Made by a program: the position numbers and the translations under genes | The notes under the pieces: generated by a model | Seen by the model: the letters and a program-made list of their open reading frames with translations, nothing else | Told to the model about the DNA's origin: nothing | The model's database searches: none | In this document: in pieces, positions 44,201 to 57,257 of the stretch | How the letters are laid out: each line of letters begins with the position of its first letter | Numbering within the stretch: position 1 is the stretch's first letter | Source: Mesotaenium endlicherianum | Taxonomy: Eukaryota | Reading direction: 5' to 3' | Assembly: GCA_009602735.1 (NCBI GenBank) | Contig: WELA01002297.1 | Location: 718,773-782,772, forward strand | Length of the DNA stretch: 64,000 bases

Positions 44201-46011
44201 AGCAGCAGCGGCCTTGCAGACGCCCGCCTCAAGAAGAGAGGAGGGGTGGGGCGAGTGATGCCAGGCCTGTGTGAGGGGGCAGGAATCTGTTGCCTCAAAG
44301 AGGGACCAAAGGGGTGGGGTTGGGGTTGGGTCATTTGGACTGATGGCTGGGGATGCTTCTCTCTCTCTGCGCCCCTGCCTCCTGCAGAGGGGAGGGCCTG
44401 TGCACGGTACGTGGCAGAGCTCAGCTCGGCTCTGTCTGCTAGAGCCTGCATGGGCCATCAGGACAGGGAGGGAGGGAGGGAGGGAGGGAGGGATGCCCGG
44501 GGGAAGGAGAGTGTGGGGAGGAAATGCATCTTCCTTCGCTTACGCCTTGTAACTGGGGCGGAGCTCAAGGGGCTGGGGACTGGCTGGCGGGAGAAGGGGC
44601 CAGTGGAGAGGAGGGCTCATGGGCGCGCGCACGCACGCGCGCGAGGAAGGNCCGTTCTGTCTGCTGAGCTGGCAGTTTGCACTTCGCCCCGTCATGCCTC
44701 CACCCCCACCCACCCGCCCGCGGCGCAGGAGAAGGAGACGCTGCATGCGCATGGGGGCAGCCAAGGCCTTCTTGGCAGCGACTCTCTGCTGACCTCCTTG
44801 GCGACTCGTCGTGATGCAAACGGGGGGTTTGGGGTGGGGGGAAGAGCAGGGGGGCATCCCAGAGGAGTACCTGGCGGAGATCACGCGGCAGGTGCTGCAG
44901 GGGCTGAGCTACCTGCACCGCCTGCACGTGGTGCACCGCGACATCAAGCCCTCCAACCTCCTCGTCAACCACAGTGGCGAGGTGCCTGCCCACCCCGCCC
45001 TTCCTCCCCTCCACCCCTCCCCCCCCCACCCCCCAGCTCTGCCCTCCTCCCTGGCCCCCGCCGCCTGCGAGCCCTGCACCCTCCCGCCTGCAGGGATGAG
45101 CTCGACTTCCAAGTGCCATGCCTCCTGTGCTGTTGGGATCTTTCGCCTTGTCAGAGAAGAGGCAGGGGCTGGCAGGATGGCCGGCGAGCTCTGGCGCCGC
45201 CCCCGGCGTGCATGCCTTGTGCTCAACCAACTGCCCAACCCCCCCCCCCTTATCCAGCCTCGCCTGCTGCCCCTCTTGCGCCACCTTCCCTCGCCATCGC
45301 GTGGGGGAGGGCAGGGGTGCGACGATCGGACGCCAAGTCGTCAGCAGCATCCGTCACAGGAGTGTGAAAAACTTTTGCCCAGCTTGCTCCTCCTCCGCGC
45401 CCATCCCCGCCTCCTCACCCGCCTAACCCCGTGCTGTTTGTTGAGCTGTGCTGAACACCTATTCCTTGTTCTGCATGTGTTGCTCCCGCTCTCCCCCTCC
45501 CCCTCCTTCCCCTCCCCACCTCTGGCGGGTTGTGTGCCCGGCGGCGGCCGTCTGCCTGCACGGACCCCCGCAGGTGAAGATAGCGGACTTTGGCGTGAGC
45601 ACGACGCTGGACAACACGCTGGCGCAGTGCAACTCGTACGTGGGCACCTCCGCGTACCTCTCGCCCGAGCGCATTAACCCGCCCCCCGCGGGCGGGCGCT
45701 ACAACGCGTACGCAGGCGACGTGTGGAGCCTGGGGCTGACGCTGCTGGAGCTCAAGATGGGCCGCTTCCCGTACCTGCAGCCGGGGCAGACGGCGGACTG
45801 GATGACGCTGTTTGGCAACATCGTGTACAACGACCCGCCCGTGGCGCCGGAGGCGTGCTCGCTCGCGTTCCGCTCCTTCATCAGCTCGTGCCTGCAGAAG
45901 GACCCCATGCGGCGGCCGTCCGTGCGCCAGCTGATCGAGCACCCGTTTGCGCAGATGTATCAGGAGCCGCGCTTCACGGACCTGCGCTGCCTGCTGCCCG
46001 GGGTCAGGTGA
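38214..46011 (+). CDS. MAP kinase kinase, plant group C/D-like (MKK4/5/7/9 type)
   Basis: Exons 38214-38510, [subdomain II-III exon presumed in gap 39426-39909], 41042-41140, 44850-44981, 45574-46011. Motifs [35 protein letters not shown], activation loop T-LAQCN-S (S/T-X5-S/T), [21 protein letters not shown]-terminal docking motif RGRGLGLRI. Confidence 0.92.
41180..44650. repeat. 1386-bp direct duplication (41180-42565 = 43265-44650) flanking an N gap; probable assembly artefact
   Basis: The ORF track gives identical peptides at offset 2085, and both copies end at N characters. Confidence 0.9.
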
Positions 46012-48243
46012 AGGAAGGCCCGCGCCCGGCGTCGTGGGAACGAGCAAGAGAGGGGAAGAGAAAGAGACGCAAGCGCCGCGGGGCAGGTGGGGGGGGGGGG
46101 GGGGGGGNNNNNNNNNNNNNNNNNNNNNNNNNNNNNNNNNNNNNNNNNNGGGGGGGGGGGGAGAGGGGGTTTTTGGGATTGGGGCGTGACGGAGAGCCAG
46201 CGAGACGAGCAGGGTAGCGGGTGAAAGAGTCAAGCGCAGTAAAGCAGTGGGTCGGGTCATGGCGGCTGCTGCCGTGTTCACTTATTGCGTGCACCTCTCG
46301 CCCTTGCCACCTGGCTTGAGCGAGTGAGATTCTCTGCCTTGCTCATGCGGTGGAGAGCCCACGGCAGCTGAGCAGATGTGGACGCCGCGGTGGCTGGTGG
46401 GTGACAACCGCCAGGAAATAGTACGCCTAGTACGCATCCATGCGTGTCCCGGTGTTGCCAGCCTCTCATTTTTCATAAAAATGGGCAATCTGTTCAAAGG
46501 GCCCCTTTATGTTATTGTGGGTAGCTTAGGGTAGCTTAGGCTATGTACCCTTATGAGTGAGCTCTAGGTACTTTGCATGCGGCGCTTAACGGTCCTATGG
46601 CAGGATATTCTTTCCGTGATGCCCGACCAGCCAGAGCAGCATGTGAGGGTGGCAAGAGATAGCGCCTCGCCTGTGGTAAGGTTCATATATGGCTCGCTCG
46701 GTTGGTGCTAGGCACGAGAGTCTTTGCGCAGGGTCTAGTGAGCGTGCAGTAGACTGTGCGATGAGAGGTATGCTTGACAAGTGTCTTACTCTCAGAGCTA
46801 GGCAGGCGCCTCTTCTCAAGAATGTGAGCTCTAGCTTGCGCTTGCCAGCCGTACAAGGAGAGAAAGAGATGGTCCATTCTTTTACTCAAAGGCCGTCGTT
46901 TTGTCTCGAATCTGCTTTTAGGTTGATCAGTAGCAACAAGCAGGGTCAAGGCCAATCTCATGCCTGAAAGACATCGACAACGACAGGGAAAACTTGCGTG
47001 TCTGTTTGCATCATTTTCCAAAGGTCTGCTGGCCAAGGTTGTATGTCAACAAAAGTACATGATATATCCTTCATATCTTTGAGATTGTACTGAGAATTTC
47101 AAGTGGCTTAATCATAAGCTATACAGAATGTACTCGTGTCTTCTGCTTCAAAGTATAATCTACCATGCCCAATTTTAGTTCAGTTAATGTTAGATTTGTC
47201 GACAATATTTGTTATATTGAGTCCTGCAAATTTTGTGCTCTCTAGTCAGCATCGGCTAAATGAGTCTCATATCACGAGGAGGAAGTAGTGCCACTTAAGG
47301 ATTCAGGATTTCCCAATTGCCGTTTAGTGATGCACTAAGCACAAAAAGGTTGACGTTAGATGAGGCACTCAGCGACAAGGGCCTGCTCTCCCAAAGAATG
47401 TCAAGTAGGGCCCTGGGAAACATTCAAAACTGCAGAACTTGAGGCAAATGGAAATCTTACACCTGACGCGGACTAAAATACTTGCATAGCCCACCACACC
47501 TCACAGGTTGCATGCCTTGCATACTCAAAGTGCAATGTCACGAAGTAGTCTGCTCAGCAGCTGCTGCACAAGCTCTCTCTGCCAAGGAGTCACTCTCATT
47601 TGCCTGTTGCTATTTGAGGATGGTACAACACGAGCATAGACTAAAGAGCGCTGAGTGCCTCACACGTGTCTCCCTGGACAACAATCAATCCGCTTTGAGC
47701 AAATCCTTTCGCCCCCAGAAGCCTCCTCTGGCAGAGCTTAGGGCACAGCAGCATTTTATCCAACAGAATGTTCCTCATTGCAGAATATGAGCGCATTGGC
47801 GCGACTGCCACCGTAATGGTGGATCTCGACGTATTCACTGCCAGAGTGAGAGCCATGGCTAACCAGCCTCTTTGATTGCTGCTCCAGCAAAGGACACTGC
47901 TCGCCCTCTCGTCCTTAAGCACATCAAGTCCGCGTCATTAGCGAGAGGCAAAGCAGATTGCTATGGCCTTCTGGCTAGTGCTCCGTAGGTACTTAGTGTA
48001 CCATCATCTTCTATGGAACGCACCGGCACAGAGCAATGGCTCGTAGACCGACAACCCCACCCCCCCCCCCTGTGCTGAAAAAAGGGAGGAAGCGCGCAGA
48101 GGGGCGGTGGGCGGGAGAGGGCCCAGGGGAGAGTAACAGGTTCACACTGCACATGCTTCTGGAGAAGGCTGCAACCATGAGCTTCATGATGCAAGCCCTA
48201 GTGCAGGAGGAGGAGCCTGGCCTTGACAGGCGGCCTGGCCGCC

Positions 48244-50314
48244 TCAGGCGCCCCCGGTGACGAGGCGGGCGATGTCCTCGCGCAGCAGGCTTCGCCGCCC
48301 GAAGGAGCTGCCCCTGCTGCTGCTGCTGCTGCCGCTGCCGCTGCTGCCAGCCATTGATGCCACTCCAGAGACGTGGGGCATCGCTGTGTGGAGGACAGCT
48401 GCGAGCGAGCTAGTGCCAGCGCAGGTTCCACTGCCCCTCGAGCTCCAGAGGGAGGAGCCTGCGCTGCTGTGGTACTGCGCGGCTCGCACGCGCGCCGCAG
48501 CGGCAGCGGCAGACGCGGCGGCAGCGGCAGGGGAGTGTGCCCCTCCTGGCACCGGCTGCAGGAGAGGGTGGAGATGCGTCTGGTGGTGGCGCTGGTGGTG
48601 ATGCCCGGCGTTCTGCCCCTGCTGGCCCTGCTGCTGCTGCTGTTCCTGCCGCAACTGCTGCTGCTGCGGCTGCGGCTGCGGTTGCGGCTGCTGAGTCAGC
48701 GTCCTGCCCGCATTCTGCCCTTCAGCTTGGCCCGCGGCGCGTAGAGGGCTTGCAGCTGCTGGGGGAGCTCCGATGGCGCTGGTGCGGGCGCGGGATGCGT
48801 TCAGGTGAGAGGGTGGGCCAGAGGGCGGCGAGGGGGGAGCGGCCGGGGGGGGGGACGGAGGAGGGGCCGGCGGGTGCGACCCGGGGCCGTCGCCGCGGAT
48901 GTGCGCGGACGGCTTGAGGCGGTCGAGGAAGCGCAGCAGCTTGTTGCCCAGGCTGCGGCCAATGTCAATGTCGCGCTCCTGGATGCTGCGGTACCCCTGG
49001 ATGGCCACCTTGAACACCGCGCGCGTCCTCCTGGCAACGGGGCGCAAGGTGCACGGCGGTTCGGAAGGAGGCAAGAGGAGCGTCAGGCTCGACCACGGGG
49101 GCAGGGTGTAAGATCAGGCTCAGCTCAGCCGCAGGAGCAAGGGAGGNNNNNNNNNNNNNNNNNNNNNNNNNAGGGAGAGCAGGGGGGGGGCGGGGGGGCT
49201 TGGCTACTAGCAAGAGGTTTCTTAGTGTGAGATTTCTCAAGCACCACAACGCCACGCCTGGAGTAAAAACCCCCCCTCCCATCCCTCTATCTCTATCTCT
49301 CTCTGCGTGTGTGTGTGTGTGTGTGTGTGTGCGTGTGTGTGTGTGTTTGTGTGCGTGCGTGTCTGTCCCTTTCTAGGCCCATGAGCGCTAAGCCACACAC
49401 GACACACACATACCCAAGAACCAGATATGTACATATGTATGTATACATGTATGTCTCATCATAACTATGCTTACTGTCATATATAGACGTATACGTCAAC
49501 GTATATATCTATATGTTACATATTTCCATATGTATACTTACATACATATATTATATATATGTGTACATATGTGAGTGTACCTGCAATGTCCTAGCACATT
49601 GGAGACCGAACCGGACCCAGAGGTGCTAACAAGCGTGAGACGTGCACACTAAGATCAAGTCATACTGTACAGAAGCTCAACTAGTCTCCATCAGGCTGTG
49701 CCATGTGTCCCTCTACTCCCCTCTGTGGGCACACATATCGTGATGTGAAAGTACACACCTCTAAACTGATAGTCACAAGAATGTGACATTCTTTTAGATA
49801 ATCACTGAACATCTCATAACAAGGAGAAAGTGGTGGCGATGAGCTGAAAGAGATAAAGTGAAAGCCACACGTCAACCTCTGCCAGCCTTCTGACCGGGAG
49901 ATCTACAAGGGATAGGTACATATTATGCTCTGAGAATGGTTTGCAACACCGGTTTGAAGCTAGCGTTCTTTGGATGCTACCTATAAACAGGCTCTGTGAT
50001 ATGTCAAACTTTGTACCGCGAAGCTACAATTCCCCAACCTGAGACTGAATAGCCCAGAAAGATCCAGTGCTTCAAAAAAAGAACATGTGTTTATCAGCTC
50101 CTTCCACGCGTTTCGCCCCACCGAGTTCTTAGAATGGCTGCATGTACTGCTAAGTTTGTGAGGTAGGAGGCTAGAAAATTGCGCACCCTTTCACAAATTC
50201 TCGCGCCCTGGGCCTATTCCGCAGTAACTTGCGCTGATAGTATAGGGCGAGTCTGTAAGTGCGGCGGAGACCAAGGAAATATGCAGTCGCTAGTGTAATC
50301 TCCCACAACACCAT
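48244..50314 (-). CDS. Plant-conserved uncharacterised protein (MVLWEIT family)
   Basis: Exons 50314-50187 and 49030-48244. MVLWEITLATAYFLGLRRTYRLAL...RTRAVFKVAIQGYRSIQERDIDIGRSLGNKLLRFLDRLKPSA, with C-terminal LLREDIARLV, resembles a land-plant hypothetical protein family (recalled). Low-complexity P/Q/A middle. Confidence 0.8.
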
Positions 50315-51673
50315 CTTCAATGGGCGTGACAAGGAGCTTGCTTGAAGAATGATACTTTTTCTTCTACAAGATAGACAACAACGTCCATCGAACTTCAATG
50401 CCCGACTTGCAGAATAAACGTCCGTGATGACAAGCGAACATCTCCGACGGCTCAATGCTTCACTACGTCTTCAATAGCGCGATGGCGATCTCTTCTGGCA
50501 GGAACTAGTCTAAAGTCTACTGATCCGCCTTTTTTTCTTCACAATACCTCTTGCGGATGGAGCCTAAACGACAGGAGGGTTATGTGACGTATGCACATAT
50601 ACAGGCATAAAAAGAAAAGGTTTGTAAAACCCGGGAACTAAGACCACGAACTATGGCAGCAGCAAAATGAGCTGTACAGTAACTTGCGACAATCGTAAGT
50701 GCAATAACTGCAGCTTGCGCTATGAGACGCTAATTGCATCCAGTTGCACTTCAACACACGGCAGCACAGCATAGAGATGATGCTTGCAGGGCCTATTGGC
50801 TGAAGAAGGACTTCCACGAAGGATCAAGCCCCACGCGCACAGCTTCACCCGCATCAATTTGCATCATCGCCGACGACTTGACAGAGGCAGCGTGGAGTGG
50901 CGTGGAGAGTTGCCTGACCATGCCGTGCATGTCGTGACTATTGGGCGCTGTGGGGCCCCAGAAAGTATCTTTGGAGTCTTCTCTTGGAGTATCTCGACGG
51001 AATATAAGAAGGTTCCAAAATTATTCGAACTTCAGTCGTACCTCGTACGAAGCAGTAGTCGAGCTAACATCAAGCAATCACGAACCGTACGCCCATGGCG
51101 GTTGACAAGGAAGGACTAGAGCTTACGACGCCAGTCTATTCTGGTCTGCATGCCCAACGCCGAACCAGACAGAAGTGTTCTTCGGTTATTTTTCTTCACG
51201 CAACCATCTTCAACCCCCTCGAATAATTTTTCCATACATATCCGCGACTGCCTGCGACTGCCCGCAATCGCCTGCACTTGCTCGATCACTACAGATGCGT
51301 CAGCATTGCGATTGTCAACCCTGTCGCGATTGCGACGATGCAATCTCTTTTTACGACCGCCATGTTTAGAGCTGCCTGCATGGTGATCACTGGGAATCGC
51401 TCGCGTATAAACCTACAGGTGATGTAAAAAGTGGCCAGCTAGCTGCATTGGCTCGGTTGAACAAACAGATGCCTGTTCACTGCTCTTAAGAGCGCGCAAT
51501 TGTGTCAATTGCATTTGGGACAGAAACGGGTCGTTCACAGAATTACCCTGCCTGATTTTTCGAGGCCTCTAGATCGAGGAGTTCTTGCAGTAGTGCGAAT
51601 CGGCTGACGGAGAGTGATGACGAACGGTTAAAGTCACGGTAAGAGAGCAATCCGTTATCCATTAGAGAGCACA

Positions 51674-53029
51674 ATGACTGCTGAGGTTTCGCAGTTTACG
51701 CTTCCTATATCAGGACCCATTAGCGTGCATGTATCTGCTGGTAGAGGGTGGGTTTGGAATGCCGAGAGTGCGGAGACCCTGAGGCTGCAGCATGGAATTG
51801 TCGGGGCCATGGCTGGGACGCTTCCGGAATTTCGTCAGCAGAATATAGTGAAAGGGCTTCCCATGGAGCTCATGCCGGAGGAGATAAGCTATGCCTTGGA
51901 GCAGAATTGGATCACTTTGCATGAAAGTTTGGGGTCAAATGAATTGAGTCCTGAGGAAGGGCCGTCGACAGTCATGCAAGCGCGCAGTCTAGAGGAGCCT
52001 GGCGCTTTGGGCAGGGTCAACAAGGAAAGCGGGCAGCTTGAGAGCGATATGTCCAAGTCCAGGCATTCTGGGGCAGCTGTTTCCACTTTGTTGCCTATTG
52101 AGCGGCCAGCATCTGGAGAGGCGCCCCTCGGATCTGGCAGCACAGACGGCCAGGATTTTTCCGGCTCCATCACGAAGCCTAGCACTTCGCCAGGTTACAT
52201 AGGCAGCCTGCAGAACACTCAGGGGCGGGTGGAGCTGCCACTTGTTGATCGCACAGCCGGCCCACCTGGCGACTGGACGTATCCTCACTCTGCTCTGGAG
52301 AGGTGCCGCTGCTTAGTCTTTGCCGACCTGCACCGGCGGGGGTATAGGGTGACGAACGGCACCAAATTTGGAGCCGACTTCTTGGCGTACCCTGGCGACC
52401 CCTCCCTCTTCCATTCGCACTTTGCCGTGCGCGTGGTGGAGCCGCATAGCCCTCTCCCTGTGCTCACGCTCGTCACCTCTGCACGCGTCGCACTGGCAGC
52501 TCGCAAGAAGCTTGTGGTGGCGACACTTGTCCCTGCCCCCCCGCTCGTAGCATTACACCGTGAGGATGCAGCCGCTAATGCAGCCGCGCCACGTCGTCAC
52601 CAGGCCTCCAGCAGTCCTTCCGACGTGGACGAAGGCCTGGACCTGACACCTGCACTAGTCGCGCCTGACAATGGGGCCCGCAGCTCTGTTACAGACCCAA
52701 TCAGAGAACACCAGCTGGTAGACGACGACGGGCACGCCTACCAGCAGCAGCTGCAAGCTGGCGAGGCAGGAGAGGGCCACTTGTCAGCAAGGGAAGTGGT
52801 GGCGTACAGCACACTCGGCACGGATCTGGAGTTCATGCCCCACAATGCCAGAACCCAGAAGACCCCCAAGCCGGCGAGGGGGGTCAGCAGGCGCCTCCGT
52901 GCTCCTCCTGCTCCTGCTCCTGCTACTGCTGCTGCTACTGCTGCCGCTCCTGCCACCACCGCCGCTGCTGATGCTGCTGCTGCCAACGCCCCCGCCGGTG
53001 CTGCTGCTGCTGCTGCTTCACCTTCATGA
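51674..53029 (+). CDS. SEN34: tRNA-splicing endonuclease catalytic subunit, Sen34-like (intronless)
   Basis: 451-aa ORF. Sen34-type N-terminus LRLQHGIVGAMAGTLPEFRQQN...GLPMELMPEE. Catalytic domain VFADLHRRGYRVTNGTKFGADFLAYPGDPSLFHSHF...ARKKL, with the Tyr/His/Lys triad present. Confidence 0.88.
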   Translation: MTAEVSQFTLPISGPISVHVSAGRGWVWNAESAETLRLQHGIVGAMAGTLPEFRQQNIVKGLPMELMPEEISYALEQNWITLHESLGSNELSPEEGPSTVMQARSLEEPGALGRVNKESGQLESDMSKSRHSGAAVSTLLPIERPASGEAPLGSGSTDGQDFSGSITKPSTSPGYIGSLQNTQGRVELPLVDRTAGPPGDWTYPHSALERCRCLVFADLHRRGYRVTNGTKFGADFLAYPGDPSLFHSHFAVRVVEPHSPLPVLTLVTSARVALAARKKLVVATLVPAPPLVALHREDAAANAAAPRRHQASSSPSDVDEGLDLTPALVAPDNGARSSVTDPIREHQLVDDDGHAYQQQLQAGEAGEGHLSAREVVAYSTLGTDLEFMPHNARTQKTPKPARGVSRRLRAPPAPAPATAAATAAAPATTAAADAAAANAPAGAAAAAASPS

Positions 53030-55834
53030 CAAGTGTTGCAACGCTCCGCAATCTCGTGCCCGGCGCCCCCAGACTTTAGATGTGCCAACCCCACAGAAGC
53101 AGACAGCGTAAGTGAATTTCTGCCAGCTGTCTGCCCCCCTCTGCAGCTAGCGGAGGTCTCACTGTTCAGGTCGGGGGGGGGGGGGGGGGGGGGGGNNNNN
53201 NNNNNNNNNNNNNNNNNNNNNNNNNNNNNNNNNNNNNNNNNNNNNNNNNNNNNNNNNNNNNNNNNNNNNNNNNNNNNNNNNNNNNNNNNNNNNNNNNNNN
53301 NNNNNNNNNNNNNNNNNNNNNNNNNNNNNNNNNNNNNNNNNNNNNNNNNNNNNNNNNNNNNNNNNNNNNNNNNNNNNNNNNNNNNNNNNNNNNNNNNNNN
53401 NNNNNNNNNNNNNNNNNNNNNNNNNNNNNNNNNNNNNNNNNNNNNNNNNNNNNNNNNNNNNNNNNNNNNNNNNNNNNNNNNNNNNNNNNNNNNNNNNNNN
53501 NNNNNNNNNNNNNNNNNNNNNNNNNNNNNNNNNNNNNNNNNNNNNNNNNNNNNNNNNNNNNNNNNNNNNNNNNNNNNNNNNNNNNNNNNNNNNNNNNNNN
53601 NNNNNNNNNNNNNNNNNNNNNNNNNNNNNNNNNNNNNNNNNNNNNNNNNNNNNNNNNNNNNNNNNNNNNNNNNNNNNNNNNNNNNNNNNNNNNNNNNNNN
53701 NNNNNNNNNNNNNNNNNNNNNNNNNNNNNNNNNNNNNNNNNNNNNNNNNNNNNNNNNNNNNNNNNNNNNNNNNNNNNNNNNNNNNNNNNNNNNNNNNNNN
53801 NNNNNNNNNNNNNNNNNNNNNNNNNNNNNNNNNNNNNNNNNNNNNNNNNNNNNNNNNNNNNNNNNNNGGGGGGGGGGAGGAGGTGGGGGTGTATGAGAGA
53901 GCAGTAGGTCTCTCACGTTGGTCTCCTCCTTGGGCCCTTCCTCGGCCTGCTCCGTGAGGGGGAGGGATTGCTCTTTTGGGTTTGGGAAGAGAGACGGTGA
54001 AGAGACTGTTGTTTCTACTGCGTGGGGCTTGAGCCCGATTCATCTGACTCTGAGTGTTCAGCCAGCGACTCGCTTGCTTGCTCCGTTGGCTGCACGTTAT
54101 CAAGCGGGCGGTCCTAGATGAGATAAATGTGTTGAGGGCTAGGGCAGGCTCAAATCCGTCCGCACCTGCCCTGACTGGCCTTCCAGTAGATGTCTCTCCC
54201 CGACCCCGTGCCCTATCCGCCTGCTGTTTTGGTGCTGGTGGGTAATGAGGGCAGAACAAAGGATTTAGGGCTTGTGGCCCTTGTATCGCTGCAGGAGAAG
54301 TGCTTGCATGCATGACGCCTCTCATTTGGAAAATTGCACGTGCCAGGGCAACTTGTTGCTGCACTTTCCTTAATGCGGAGGAGCTCCAGCCCGCCCCTGT
54401 GTGTGAATGCACGCGTGGTCAGAACAGGAAGGTGCCGTAACTCGCGCCCGTTGCCATCATGTCCGCATTTTCGCGGATGAGCGCGGGGGGGAGATGATTG
54501 GCATGTTGGTTGCTGTGCCGCTTGTGCGATAGTCTTCCCAAGGACAAGCAAAGGTGTGGAAGAGCGACATGAAAGGAGAGACGCGCCTGCCTGCCTGCCT
54601 GCCTGCCTGCCTGAGTTAGTCTGCTTCCGATTGTGGGTGCAGACTATCTCGCTACGTGGCAGGCTGCAGTTGGGTGACAGATTCGGGGGACCGCAGACAG
54701 GTGGCAACTGCGTCCATCAATTGATCACCGCTCCACCTCAGCTTAGCTGCCTGATAGCGGGCATCCTCCAGTGCTTTGATGCACTTTTAGGTGCTGTCGC
54801 TTGTGCTGCTGGCTGTAGCTCATGAAGTGCGTGTGCAAGCCCGGGGGGGAGGGGGTGGGTAGGTAGGTGGGGGGGTTTGGGTCAATGATGTCTCAGACGC
54901 AAGATAGCGTATGAGGGGACGAGCACATAGCGCATTGGTGACAAGAGAGGACTAACTGTACTTGCGAGTGCCTGGCGTGGGCTGCGGGGCCCACGCTTGA
55001 ATCCTTTTCACCCTTGACGTTTGATTTAAAAGTAGTCCAGATTATGAGTCTGTAGTCGTGAATGTTTTGCGCCTCCAGGTTAACTTGATAGTTCGTCAAA
55101 AATCGACACAAGTAATCTGAAAATACGAAGTAAGATATTTTGTTTGGCTATTTGCACCTGTGGGCCTTCAGAAGAAGCTTCGGCTTGCTCGCGCGTACCA
55201 TGTCAGGCTTGCGGGTGCATCTCAATAGAAAACGGGCATTATAATCTACTACAAATTGAGCAACTTACAGAAAGCCGTCTGATGTTACGTTCTTCTGGAC
55301 ACTCGCGAGGTCCAACATGTGGTTTGCATTTGGTTTTGAGAGTCGAAAGTTTTTCAATAGTAAATACTTTGTATCACTGCTCTTCGAGGTCACACTGACA
55401 ACAAGATTGTAATACCTAAAGGGCCCACCTGGCGGGCAGGCCTCCAGTGTATGTGGTGGGCCCTGTCACCTGTCACCCGTATACTGCCCTGCAGCCTACT
55501 CCTTTGAGAGACAGCCCAGTTTAAGCACCCGATCAGCTGTCGCTGCCACCAAACAGCACAAACCGCCCCAGCGAGCTATGCAGCACTCATGATGGGCAGT
55601 ACAACAGCTGCACACTGTGTGCTGCCGCATCAGAAGCTACACCAGTATTGGCATTTCACACAATGACCAACGAAACACCCCTCGCTTTATGATAGCAAGG
55701 GGGGGGCCAAGAAATTTTGACCTGAGAGTTTCTCCTTTGTACACCTATTTACACCTCAAACCTAGTGCCCCAAGCCTTGATTCTCATTTCATCATAAATA
55801 AAATGGAGCACTCTCAAGGGAAGCCACTGTTGTC

Positions 55835-57223
55835 CTAGATCTTGATAGACTCGCTTTCACCAGTTGGTTGCCAAGCATGTGAGATGGAATTTGGCAGATG
55901 GCCAGAAGATGCGGCAGGTGCCACAGTCACAAGTGCAGCAAACGGAAAGAAGCGCCCGGCGGAAGTGTCGTAGTTGGGTGGGTCATTAAAGTCCATGAAG
56001 AAGTCGTAAGACCCGGGCACAAGCGCGGCGTTGTCAATTTGTCCTTGTGGAGCAGGGAAGTCAAGTGAAGGTAGAGTCGTCAACTCGCCAGACAAGGCAT
56101 AAATGTGCTCATCAGGCAAGTGGTCAATTCCTGTCAGGATGTCAATCTCCTGATCCTCGCCAATTCCGCGATTCCAAGTTTCCAGATCTTTGTGGGCTCT
56201 CAGCAAGTCTGCCTGCGAGTTCGGCATCCCCGTGGCAGCACCTTTGATTCCCCCAATAGCAGCAATCTCCCCCCCATGTATTGCAGATTCTGGCAGCGCG
56301 CCAGCAGCCTCCCAAGTGAACACGCTCCTAACGCCGTAGTTGCCGCTCGACAGGCCCCCAGCAGCTCGGGCCTCTGGAGTAACAGCCGCCATGGCTGCCG
56401 GGAATGCTGCTGCCTCCTCTGCTTCTCGTGCCGCCACCTGTGTAGGGGCGATTGCGACTGCCTCCACCTTGTCAGCAATAGTCGCATACCGGTTCTCCTC
56501 TCCAGCTTGAGGCATTATGATCTGTACTTGGGGCACAGTGCGCTTCTCGCCTCGGGCTCTCCTGGCGGGAGGTGGCTGAGAGCACTCGGGGTGAAGAGCT
56601 GCCCTCTTCTTCCTCGGCCTGGGGATGGGTCCGCCTAAGGCGCATGTGCTGCTGCCACCTGTACTTGCCGCGGCAGAGCCCGTCCGAGGCATTCCCCAGC
56701 ACCTCGAGGGCGCGCTTGATGTCAGCAGCGGGCTGGCAACGAACTTGCGCTGTTGGGGGGGGTACACAGAGACTGCCGGCTCTGCCACCTGGCTGTCCCA
56801 GTGGGCGGCCACCTGGCTCACTACCTGGCTCAAGCTGGAATTGTCAGGTGGGTGAAACAGAGTGTCATACTGCTGAGGGCCAGCAGCATAATAGTAGGAA
56901 GCACGTGCAGAGAGGGCCAGGGCTCTGTCGCCCTTCTCGTATGGAGAGGGAGGCAATGGGGTCCAGAATGGGCCTGGGACCGAATGAAGATGCACAGCCG
57001 TCGCCATATCAACCTGGCGGTTGGAATCCTTATGAAGCCCGGGTTCAAAGTCTGCGCGCACACGCACTTAAAACAGACAGCAGGTAAGCACCAAGTTGCA
57101 GCATTCGACTCTTGCCGCTATTTCACCATGCACTCACTTGACCACGATTCTGTGAGGATGCCCCAGATTCGGAGTATACACAAATCTGGGAGAGCATATG
57201 CACGAGTGAGCATGCATGCACGT

Positions 57224-57257
<34 letters not shown>

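Noticed and set aside
41180..44650. 1.39 kb tandem duplication as a real event or LTR pair
   Set aside because: The copies appear identical, are purely intronic and both end at Ns. I see no TSD or TG..CA termini. Unmerged contig overlap is the simplest explanation.
50734..51386. Small ORFs between the MVLWEIT gene and SEN34
   Set aside because: No motifs or splice support; most likely promoter or UTR sequence.
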